A stretch of 32,000 nt of DNA from Candidatus Iainarchaeum sp. GTDB lineage: Archaea > Iainarchaeota > Iainarchaeia > Iainarchaeales > CSSED10-239. A program made the translations under genes and the position numbers. The stretch lies in the NCBI GenBank assembly GCA_037441475.1, contig JBBISB010000001.1, positions 66,418 through 98,417 of the forward strand. Direction: 5' to 3'. The notes under the pieces were generated by a model. It ran no database searches. It saw nothing but the letters and a program-made list of their open reading frames with translations, and was not told where the DNA came from. Shown piece by piece: positions 19,713 to 28,901 of this stretch. Each line of letters begins with the position of its first letter. The stretch's first letter is position 1.

Positions 19713-20138
19713 GTGACTAAAATGGATGATAAAATATTGATCGATACTAGTATTATTATTAATGCTTATTTTTTATTAAATAAAAAACATAATGAGAAAG
19801 CTGTAGAAATTATTGAAAAGTATGCTAATAAAGATAATAACTACATAACATTACAAACAATCACTGAATATATAAATATTTGCAAAAACAAATTTAAATT
19901 AAATAAAAAAGAAATAGAACAACAAGTTATTGAGCTTAAGACTTTATTTAAAGTTATAAGTTACTCTGAAAAAACCTTACTAAATGCTATTGATTTAGGT
20001 TATTCTAAAAAGATGTTATTTTTTGATGCTTTGCTAGCTCAAACAATGCTTGATAATAATATAAAAGTGATTTATACTGAGGATAAAGAAGTATTTAAGA
20101 AGATTAAGGGATTAAAGGTTGTAAACCCTTTTAAATAA
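19713..20138 (+). CDS. PIN-domain toxin (VapC-like ribonuclease)
   Basis: ILIDTSIIINAY, TLQTITEYINI, FFDALLAQTMLDNNIKVIYTEDKEVF carry the acidic residues of a PIN active site. Confidence 0.85.
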   Translation: MTKMDDKILIDTSIIINAYFLLNKKHNEKAVEIIEKYANKDNNYITLQTITEYINICKNKFKLNKKEIEQQVIELKTLFKVISYSEKTLLNAIDLGYSKKMLFFDALLAQTMLDNNIKVIYTEDKEVFKKIKGLKVVNPFK

Positions 20139-20468
20139 ATCCCCTTGTTTAATTATGTATACTCTTAAACATGGTTGTGGTGTTTATTATTTAGTTTGTT
20201 GAAGAGACAATATTTTATCAATAATTAAATTTTGTTTTACTTTTGAAAATCACTTTAACACAAATATTCGCTAAATCTTGGACAATTGTTTTTTTAAATT
20301 GACTTAAACATAACTATATATTTTATTTTTTAAAAAATCAATTTTCCTTTACGTTGAAAAAATTATTTAAACTATTTTTCTTCTTTTTAACCAAAAAAAG
20401 ATCTAATTTCCTAAAAATAACTTGTTTTAAGGAAAATCGCGCTTAAACCCCTAAAAAAACCTGTTTAT

Positions 20469-20496
20469 AGGTCAATTACCCTATGCCTTTTGACCT
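20469..20496. other. stem-loop 1 of intergenic structured region
   Basis: AGGTCAA (20469-20475) pairs with TTGACCT (20490-20496), 14-nt loop. Confidence 0.5.
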
Positions 20497-20509
20497 CTGT
20501 TTTTAATGC

Positions 20510-20541
20510 TTTTTTAGCTTAGATCCAAATCTTCTAAAAAA
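20510..20541. other. stem-loop 2 of intergenic structured region
   Basis: TTTTTTAG (20510-20517) pairs with CTAAAAAA (20534-20541). Inner AGAT/ATCT helix (20521-20524/20529-20532) closes a CCAA loop. Confidence 0.55.
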
Positions 20542-20583
20542 TGTAAAAAAACACTAAAAAAAGCACATTTATAGCCATAAAAT

Positions 20584-20607
20584 TCGGCATAAGGGGTATT
20601 ATGCCGA
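20584..20607. other. stem-loop 3 of intergenic structured region
   Basis: Perfect 9-bp stem TCGGCATAA (20584-20592)/TTATGCCGA (20599-20607) with a 6-nt GGGGTA loop. Confidence 0.65.
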
Positions 20608-20675
20608 TGAATAACTGAGGCGAAAATAAGCCGAAAATCTGTAGAAATTTTTTTAATAATTTTTTACCTCTTTTT

Positions 20676-20842
20676 TTAGTTATGTATAGTAACTTAAATT
20701 TTCTTTACAAATTTATGAAAAAAATGTTTTGCTCTTATTTTCATCTCTCATAAATATTATTTCGAAAGTTAAATTACTATTTTTCATAACTATTTTTTAC
20801 TGCATTTATTTCTTTCACTAACACTTGACTATACATAACTAA
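20676..20842. repeat. 167-bp interval bounded by a perfect 15-bp inverted repeat
   Basis: TTAGTTATGTATAGT (20676-20690) and its exact reverse complement ACTATACATAACTAA (20828-20842). A third related copy lies on the minus strand at 20776-20792. Confidence 0.8.
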
Positions 20843-21075
20843 TCTCTTGTCTATTAAATTAAATTTGCCCAAGCAAACAATTCAGTATATTATGTATGTT
20901 AATTTCATTTATCATCCATCAAACCTCCTTTTTTAAAAAAATTACTTAATAGTAGATATATGTCTTATAAGCCTATATCTCTTTTCAAGCAGAGGGCGCC
21001 TGGCCGAGAAAACAAAAAATATTATAAAGAGAATGCTAGTATATTAAATATAAACTAAATATAGGGAAAATTAAT

Positions 21076-21653
21076 ATGAGATTAATAATCACAAGACATG
21101 GAGAAACTGTAGAAAACACTAAAGGAATAATGCAAGAACATCTGCCTGGCAAACTTACTGAAAAAGGGATATCTCAGGCAAAAGAGATTGGCAATAAATT
21201 AAGGAATCAAAAAATAGATCTTTTCTTTTCAAGTGATCTTAAAAGAGCAAAAGATACCATTAAAGAAATCTATAAATATCATTTAAAAAAACCTTTAATA
21301 TATACAGAAGAACTTAGAGAAAAAATTTAGGTGAACTTACAGGAAAAACAAAAAAAGAATTTAAATGGTCTTTAAAAAGTTATTATTTTGTAATATATGA
21401 AAATAAAGAAGGAGAAAAAAATAAAGATTTTTTAAAGAGAGCTAAAAACTTTATTGACTATCTTTATAATAATTTTTCAGATAAAACAATATTAATAACT
21501 TGTGACAATGGCATAGGCAGAGCAATTATATCTTATATAACAAATAAAGACTATAATTCTAAAATTACCTCTTTTGATAACTCTAAAATATTTGTTTATG
21601 ATATCTTAAAGATTAATAAAAAAATAGTATCCAAAAGAAAACAATTAAAATAA
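21076..21653 (+). CDS. histidine phosphatase (phosphoglycerate mutase-like) family protein, one frameshift
   Basis: MRLIITRHGETVENTKGIMQEHLPGKLTEKGISQAKEIGNKL...FFSSDLKRAKDTI. The frame shifts at an A-run after LREK, and the continuation NLGELTGKTKKEFKWSLKS...ITCDNGIGRAIISYI ends at TAA 21653. Confidence 0.82.
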
Positions 21654-22014
21654 TGTCCAATAAATATAGAACATTATTTTATCCAATATTTCTTTATAGA
21701 ATAAATTATAAAGAAAAGTAAAGTAGAGTATAATAATAAAGAAATAATAATTAAATGTAGGTAAAGAAACTATTTATGATTAATATAGCATATAAGAAAA
21801 TAAATATAAAATAACTAAACCATTTTTTATGTTTATTTACTTTTACTTTTTTACCTTATTCTTTAACACATTAGAATCTTCTAATAATAAAAATCCTAAA
21901 AATATTAATATAGCATAAACTATAACAAATAAAATATATGTGATTGTAATACTAATAATTATCATCTATATATAAATACAAATTATTTATAAACATATCT
22001 TTTTTTACTAACAA

Positions 22015-23397
22015 TTATTTATGTAATATTGTCTTATAACTAAACCTACTATCTGTTAAAATACTTCTTATCTGGTCAGGGTCATTTATATTTCTTTCAA
22101 TCATTGTTTTTAAAACCTTTATTCTTTCTTCAATAACAATCTGTAATTCAAATTTAGATATTGATATATAGTTACATAATTTTTCTAAAAAGTAAGATCC
22201 CATAAAGTTTAATTTAGCATTAGAGTCCATATTTTCATTATTATAAATATGGTTTATAGTAATATTACCCATTCTTGAAATTTCAGAAATTTGAGAAACA
22301 TACCTATACATTTTATTACCAATTATTTTTTTATCAAAAGTAATTATAACATCTAAAAGTTTAATATAACTTTCCTCTATATTCATTGGATTTGAAGTAA
22401 GTTTATTTACCAAATCAGAACTGTTGTTTGCATGTATAGTAGAAATACATCCTTGATGTCCAGTATCCATTGCCATAAATAAGGCCTTAGCCTCTTTACC
22501 CCTAGTTTCTCCAATAATAATTCTATCAGGCCTCATTCTTAAGATGTTTAAAGTAATATTATAAAGACTATCAGGGTCAGCAATATTGCTTACAAGACTA
22601 ACTGAGTTTTCAAAAATAGTAAAATCCATTTCTTTGGTGTCTTCCACCCCAATTACCCTTACTTTAGGTGATATGAAATGAAGTAAAACATTTAACAGTG
22701 TTGTTTTACCTGTACTTGTACCTCCACAAATAAAAACATTTGCTGGTTTGATGCCAAAACCATCTACAATAGTCCATAAATAAGCTGCAACTTCATAATT
22801 AACCGTGTTATTATTTATTAAATCAAGGACTGTTAAAGGAGTTTTAAGATATTTTCTGATGGTAATTACATTAAACCTTGAAACATCTTTTGAAACAATG
22901 TTTATTCTTGAGTTATCAGGCAAGATTCCATCAATAAAATCTCTTTTTTTAAAATCACCATTAACTGTTTTTTTAACATACTCAAAAAAGATATTAAAGC
23001 TGTTTTTTTCAAAAGTAATATTTGTTTTATAATACACATTTTTTCTTGATATAACAAAAACCTTATTATAATCATTAATCATTACTTCTTCATAATCATC
23101 ACTATTCATAATTGGGGCTATTTCTTTGTACCCAATAAGATAATCAACAAGATAGTTTGAAAATTCTTCTTTTAGATATTCTTTTAAAAAAAATTTAGTT
23201 GCAAGGATAATATCTTCAGTTGAAATAACACTATGATCTATATTTTTTATTTCTGCAAATACTTTTTTTTTATCATTATCAGATAAATTGTCTTTAAAAT
23301 AAGGATTAAGATCACTTAACTCTAAACTTTTTAAAATGACTTTATAGACTATTTCACTATATTCTTTGTTTTCGTAATTAAACTCTATTTCATCCAT
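22015..23397 (-). CDS. archaellum/type IV pilus-type secretion ATPase (GspE/FlaI/TadA superfamily)
   Basis: VFICGGTSTGKTTLLNVLLHF (Walker A), VIGVEDTKEM, NILRMRPDRIIIGETRGKEA, MDTGHQGCISTIHANN. Confidence 0.92.
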   Translation of the reverse strand: MDEIEFNYENKEYSEIVYKVILKSLELSDLNPYFKDNLSDNDKKKVFAEIKNIDHSVISTEDIILATKFFLKEYLKEEFSNYLVDYLIGYKEIAPIMNSDDYEEVMINDYNKVFVISRKNVYYKTNITFEKNSFNIFFEYVKKTVNGDFKKRDFIDGILPDNSRINIVSKDVSRFNVITIRKYLKTPLTVLDLINNNTVNYEVAAYLWTIVDGFGIKPANVFICGGTSTGKTTLLNVLLHFISPKVRVIGVEDTKEMDFTIFENSVSLVSNIADPDSLYNITLNILRMRPDRIIIGETRGKEAKALFMAMDTGHQGCISTIHANNSSDLVNKLTSNPMNIEESYIKLLDVIITFDKKIIGNKMYRYVSQISEISRMGNITINHIYNNENMDSNAKLNFMGSYFLEKLCNYISISKFELQIVIEERIKVLKTMIERNINDPDQIRSILTDSRFSYKTILHK

Positions 23398-23538
23398 ATC
23401 TAAAACCTAAATTTAATAGAAATATATAAGACAGATAAATATATAAACTCTATTTTATTTTTTATCTAAATTTTATACCTTTCTTTTATAAATTATATAA
23501 TAATTATGTTTATAAACTTAATTAAATATAAGATAAAT

Positions 23539-24593
23539 ATGGAAATTAAGCTTTTTGATATTAAAAAAGAGATAGATGGTCTATCACCTGCTCTTTTTTC
23601 TTGTAAAAATATAATCTCCACTAATTTAAAGTTTTTAAAGGTAAGTAGAAAAGAACATCAATGTTTATTTTAAGGTTAATAAAAATTAAAGTTTTTAAAG
23701 ATAAGTAGAAAGAACATCAATGTTTATTTTAAGGTTAATAAAAAAGAGTATCTTTTTAGAGTAAATCTCAATGGTTATAATAACTGCTCATCTAAACACT
23801 CAAAAAAAGAGTATGATGCCCTTAAGATTTTAAATAAATTTACCTCTGGTAATGTTCCAAAAGAAGTTTATTTTTCAAGAAAAGGAAAATTTTTTCTTGT
23901 TCATATATCATTATAACTTACCTTAAAGGCAAAGCAACTGTACTTAATAAAAATAACATTAAGGTTATAGCTAAAAAAATTGCACTTATAAACAAAACAG
24001 AATTATCTTTTTTAGATAGATTCTCTGTCTATAAACAGAACTTTAATGATCTTAGAAATGAGTTTATTAGAAAAGAAGAGTATATTGGTCATAGACATCC
24101 AGAACTTTCAAAGCTGTTAAAAAGTATACGTTTAAACATAGAAAAAGATAAGCCTAAAGATATAAACAAAGATCTTTATTTAGTACATGGAGACTTAACT
24201 TTAGGAAACATTATCTCAGATGGTAAAAATATTAATTTAATTGATTGGGAATATTTTAGATTAGCAAGTCCTTTACTTGATATTACAAAGTTATCCCATT
24301 CTAATAATTTTGTTAAATATCAAAAAGAGTTTTTCAAAGAATACAGAAGGTACTTTAAAAAAATTGATAATATCTATGAAAAATATTTTTTCTATAGAAA
24401 CTACCAGATATACCTTTGTTTAATGTCAAGTACTAAATATTACTTTGAGATTATCTTTGAAAATTATAAATATACCTTTAATAAGAATAAGAAAGATATT
24501 GTTAAAGACATTATAAAAAACTATCAATATCTTTATAAGAAAAAATATGCAGTTGTTCCTCTTTTTAATTTTAAAAAAATACTACACATCTAA
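23539..24593 (+). pseudogene. aminoglycoside phosphotransferase/choline kinase-like protein, frameshifted and with internal tandem duplication
   Basis: DLYLVHGDLTLGNIISDGKNINLIDWEYFRLASPLLDITKL (HGD and IDWEY kinase motifs). The ORF is broken by a ~60-bp duplication and by a frameshift near 23910. Confidence 0.7.
23626..23744. repeat. tandem duplication, 60 + 59 bp
   Basis: TTAAAGTTTTTAAAG[G/A]TAAGTAGAAA(A)GAACATCAATGTTTATTTTAAGGTTAATAAAAA twice (starts 23626 and 23686), differing by one substitution and one A. Confidence 0.88.
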
Positions 24594-24612
24594 TTTTTGG
24601 TTTTTAAAAAAA

Positions 24613-25411
24613 TTACATCCTTACATACAAAAGATTACCGCTTTCATACTTCTTTAAACCTTTGTAGAAAACATATATAGCTATTAACAGTAAAGCAAAG
24701 GTAAATAAGAACAATAAAATAAACCATGTAAGGTCAAAAGATTGAAGTAAAGTTGTTGGTACACTTGTTATAAACCCTGGGTATTACAAACAAGGTTACA
24801 AACTTTGTAGCTCCTGTAAAGATTGAACCTGGATAAAGAGAGAAAGTTATAACTGTTTCATAAAGAGTATTACCTAGAGTCTCTGATGAAGGAACATAAA
24901 AGGCAATACTTCCTATAAGTATACCGAAGGATATTAAAATAACTGTTGCTGGTATTATCATTAAAAGTATTAAAGGTACCTTTTTTATAGACACCATAAA
25001 GATTAAGAGTGTGATTCCAAAAATTAAATCTCCAAGATCAAACCAACTGTTCTTAGATACTAAAATATGTGCTAAGTCTTTTTTTGGAAGTGTTAAATAG
25101 AAATCTAATTTTCCTTTAACCACTAAATCTGCAATCTCCTTGTGATTACCGAAAAAATAACTTGCAATACCAAAACTTATTGTTGCAAAAACATAAATAT
25201 ATATTAAATCTTGAAAAACCCATCCATTAATATCTCCAAGCTTAAAATATATTAAATACCAAAAAAATAACCATATAAAGTCATTTACAAACATAAAGAG
25301 AGAAGACAATAAAAAGTTAGCTCTATACTCTGTGGCAGACTTTAAAAAAATCTTTTGATACTCTAAAAACAATTTAAAATTTGATATTATTTCTTTAACC
25401 GCCATTAACAC
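24613..25411 (-). CDS. ABC-2-type transporter permease (frameshift near the C-terminus)
   Basis: SATEYRANFLLSSLFMFVNDFIWLFFWYLIYF...; after a 1-nt shift the expected continuation is VTLFVIPGFITSVPTTLLQSFDLTWFILLFLFTFALLLLIAIYVFYKGLKRYESGNLLYVRM*. Confidence 0.78.
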
Positions 25412-25423
25412 TCACTTTTTTAA

Positions 25424-26189
25424 TTATGTATCTATAAAAATAAATAATACCCCAATAAAGAATAGTATCCATAGTAATTGAACAACAACCTTAAAAAAAG
25501 TCTCATAACTAAAGATTAAAGCTAATTTAGATGCATGGTATGCAGAGTAACTAAAAGGCAAGATACTTGATATTTTTGCAACCAAAGGAGGATAAAGTTC
25601 TAAAGGTACAATCATTCCTCCAAAAATAAAAGTAATCTTTGAATATATGTAACTGAGAGAGCTTGCATCCTCTATCCAAAAAGCAAATAAACTAATAATT
25701 GATGCTATAACTAAGTTTAATATAATTGCTAAAAATGCAACAATTAAAAGAAAAGGAAGAGAGACTAAAGAAATTTTTATACCCCAACCATTAGGTAAGC
25801 TACAATTCCTCCAAATAATAAAACTAATGAAAAATTAATTAATGCTTTTCCAAAAGTAACTGACATTTTATAGATAATGTTGTTGTATGGTTTTGTTAAA
25901 TAGTTTGCACCTCTCCACTCTTGATGTCATCTCCAACCTCTTTTACAAATCTACCAATAGATGTTATTAAGGCTTCACCAAAAACTAAATACCAAACCAT
26001 CATTGGTAAAGTAAACCCTGGAATAACCTCTCCCTGAGTTGCAAAAATGACTTTCCAAAGGTTTGCAAATACAAAAATAATTATAGCTATAAATAAAGCC
26101 TTTCCAAGAATAATGTCCCAGATATATGTCAAACTCTCTTTTACATTTATAAGAGATATAGAAAAATATTTACTTATCTGTGAGCTCAT
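25424..26189 (-). pseudogene. ABC-2-type transporter permease, about three single-base frameshifts
   Basis: Pieces in three frames join as MSSQISKYFSISLINVKESLTYIWD...DIKSGEVANYLTKPYNNIIYKMSVTFGKALINFSLVLLFGGIVAYLMVG.ISLVSLPFLLIVAFLAII.NLVIASIISLFAFWIEDASSLSYIYSKITFIFGGMIVPLELYPP... Confidence 0.72.
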
Positions 26190-26191
26190 AT

Positions 26192-27187
26192 CTATTGTTT
26201 ATCCAAATATATCTCTTCAATAACATCTTCAATTGGCATTTCGTTTATGGAGATGTCAGTTATCTTATACTTAGTAAATAAAAAATTCATTACATGCTTT
26301 AAGGAAATTTATGAGTGTTAATCTCAAACTCAATATAGAACTTTGATTTTTTAATAACTTGCAAATCCTTAAAATCATTAGTATCTATCTTATCCTCTGT
26401 AGTTACTTTAAGTAGTTTTTTAGAAAGATACTTTTGTTTTACTTTCTTAAAATCACCATCATAAACAATTTGGCCATGGTTAATAATAACAAGTCTTGTG
26501 GATATGTTTTCAATATCACCTATATCGTGACTTGTTAAGATGATTGTAGTTTTTTCTTTTTCATTTATTTTTTTAATCAATTCTCTAATAGTTTTTTTAA
26601 CAATAATATCCATACCAATAGTTGGTTCATCTAAAAACAAGATTTTAGGGTTATGAAGTAAAGCTAAAACAAACTCACACCTCATTTTCTGTCCTAAAGA
26701 CAATTTTCTAACAGGTTGGTTAACAATATCAGAAATTTCAAAAAGATTAACTAAATTATTAACTCTTTCCCTATATACCTTTTCATCCAAATCATATATC
26801 TTTGCAAAAAGATTAAAACTATCTATAGGTGGTAGATGGAACCATAGTTGTGGTTTCTGTCCAAAAATAGTTCCAATATCATAAGACAAGATTTTTCTTT
26901 TCTTAGAAGGATCTTTACCTAATATTTTTATTTTTCCTGAGTCAGGAAAAAGAATACCTGAAAGCATCTTTAAAGTAGTTGACTTTCCTGCACCATTAGG
27001 GCCTATAAAAGAAACTAACTCTCCTTCTTTAATCTCTAAAGAAACATTATCAACAGCCTTTATGTACTTATACTCAGGAGAAAAAAGATTTTTTATAACA
27101 CCAGAGAAACCTGGTTTTGTTATTTTTGTCTTAAAAGTTTTTTTTCAGTCCTTTAATTGAGATGATTGTTTTTTCTTCTTTTACCAT
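26192..27187 (-). CDS. ABC transporter ATP-binding protein (two frameshifts near its ends)
   Basis: SFIGPNGAGKSTTLKMLSGILFPDSG (Walker A), RKLSLGQKMRCEFVLALLHNPKILFLDEPTIGMD (signature/Walker B). N-terminus MVKEEKTIISIKGLKKNF and C-terminus HVMNFLFTKYKITDISINEMPIEDVIEEIYLDKQ* lie in other frames. Confidence 0.93.
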
Positions 27188-27300
27188 AAAATATCATATA
27201 TTAATTATTTAACTATAATAATAAAATAAATAAACATCTTTTTAAACATATTTATTAAATATATTTATGTATTTTAATAATATAAAGGGGTTTTTAATAA

Positions 27301-27990
27301 ATGGTTAGCACACTTGTTGAAGTTGGTCAAGCTACATTAAATCCACTTGAAGCAATTTGGTATTCAATTTTAAATAATTTGCCAGGAATTATTGGTGCGG
27401 TAGTTGTTATTATCATAGGTTATTTAATAGGGCTTCTTGTAGGACATTTAATATACAAGCTACTTTTAAAATGGAAGTTAGATGAATGGGTAATTAATAA
27501 TGACTTTTCAAATATCTTACTGCACATTAAGCTTTCAAAAATAATCAAAGAGTTAATAGTATGGGGAATATTTATTGTGTTTTTAGCACCTGCTGCTAGT
27601 TTAATTAAAATAAATGTTTTAACCGAAATTTTAACTAAATTTGCATATTGGGTGCCACAGTTAATCTTTGCTATAATAATAACTATTGTAGGATTAGTTG
27701 TTTCACAAATAATTGCAAGAAACATACATGTTTCAAAAGATCACAAAGTTTCAAAAGTAGTTTCAGAGGTTATACAAGTAATTATTATTATATTAATTGT
27801 TAATATTGCTTTAAGACAGATAGGTGTAGAAGTACAGTTTATAGAAACTATACTTTTAATAATCCTAGGTGGAGTTGTCTTAGCCTTTGCAATTGCAGTT
27901 GGTATTGGTCTTAGTTGTTCTATTAGAAACTACTCTGATAGACTAATGGAAACATATGTAACTAAGAAAAAAGTAATAAAGAAGAAATAA
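27301..27990 (+). CDS. mechanosensitive-channel-like TM-helix-repeat protein (CmpX-like), lacking an MscS soluble domain
   Basis: Repeated hydrophobic segments: LPGIIGAVVVIIIGYLIGLLVGHLIYKLLLKWKLDEWV ... WVPQLIFAIIITIVGLVVSQIIARNI ... ILLIILGGVVLAFAIAVGIGL. Confidence 0.65.
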   Translation: MVSTLVEVGQATLNPLEAIWYSILNNLPGIIGAVVVIIIGYLIGLLVGHLIYKLLLKWKLDEWVINNDFSNILLHIKLSKIIKELIVWGIFIVFLAPAASLIKINVLTEILTKFAYWVPQLIFAIIITIVGLVVSQIIARNIHVSKDHKVSKVVSEVIQVIIIILIVNIALRQIGVEVQFIETILLIILGGVVLAFAIAVGIGLSCSIRNYSDRLMETYVTKKKVIKKK

Positions 27991-28025
27991 TTTTTCTTCT
28001 TTTCTATTTTATTTTTTTAAAAAAA

Positions 28026-28343
28026 CTATTTTTTAATTTTTTTATGAACATTTACAAATCTCTTATAGAAGTAATATTCAGTAACAATACCTAAAATGAA
28101 TAAGAATAAACCAACACCTAAAAGAGAATAAACAGAGGTTATTATCTTACTAAGATCATGAGTTGGTACAATATCTCCATAACCAACAGTTGTTAAAGTA
28201 GAGGTTGTAAAGTAAAATGAATCTACGTAGGATAGATTTTCTAAACGTTGAAAAATAAATGTACCAATTAATAAAATAACTACAATAAAAATTAAAACAT
28301 AGTACAACTTAATTTTTGCAAAACTAATCTCATTTGTAAACAA
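28026..28343 (-). CDS. two-TM potassium channel-like protein
   Basis: Pore-loop sequence YVDSFYFTTSTLTTVGYGDIVPTHDLSKI between two hydrophobic segments. Confidence 0.88.
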   Translation of the reverse strand: MFTNEISFAKIKLYYVLIFIVVILLIGTFIFQRLENLSYVDSFYFTTSTLTTVGYGDIVPTHDLSKIITSVYSLLGVGLFLFILGIVTEYYFYKRFVNVHKKIKK

Positions 28344-28423
28344 ATCTAATCACACATCATTTTCTAAAAGATAGTAAAAAAGCTAAAGGGATATTAAAAA
28401 AATACCATTCCCCTCTCTTAACA

Positions 28424-28777
28424 TTAAATAGACTTAATAACAATTATCTTATCTGTTTTTTGCTTTAATGAATCGTAATCTAAGTAATGTTCATTAACTC
28501 TTATTATTATTTTATTATCTCCTGGTTTAATTCCTTGGAAAGGGTAAATATACAACCTTTGGTTTATTACTTCGTTTGGTTTAAAATCTCCATGTCTTAT
28601 GGAAAAGGATTTTTTAAGACCACTTTTATCTAAAGAAATAGTGTTATCAAGAATTATATCATAGCTTATAAATTTATTTTCAAGACCCATATTCTTTATT
28701 TGCACAGTTAACTCTACTGGACTTTTGTCCCTAATATTTAATCTAAATGGAAAAAGAGAAGTTATAATATTAATCAT
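28424..28777 (-). CDS. hypothetical protein (beta-rich)
   Basis: 117-aa ORF: RDKSPVELTVQIKNMGLENKFISYDIILDNTISLDKSG... could be an Ig-like/CARDB-like fold. Weak. Confidence 0.5.
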   Translation of the reverse strand: MINIITSLFPFRLNIRDKSPVELTVQIKNMGLENKFISYDIILDNTISLDKSGLKKSFSIRHGDFKPNEVINQRLYIYPFQGIKPGDNKIIIRVNEHYLDYDSLKQKTDKIIVIKSI

Positions 28778-28901
28778 CCTTTATCACCTTTTTTTATAAA
28801 ATATTTTTTAAACATATACATATAATATATATATAGTTAAATATGTTTAAATAACTATTGATAAGTAAGATAAAAAAAATTAATAAGTAAGAGAAAAAAG
28901 C

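Noticed and set aside
20606-20620. C/D-box-like sequence GATGAataaCTGA after stem-loop 3
   Set aside because: The C box lacks the leading U and the flanking GCC/GGC pairing leaves no 3-nt bulge, so a canonical kink-turn cannot be supported.
22805-23032. Plus-strand ORF inside the secretion ATPase
   Set aside because: Antisense to a clear ATPase gene.
27420-27725. Minus-strand ORF inside the TM-helix-repeat channel gene
   Set aside because: Antisense and lacking any recognised features.
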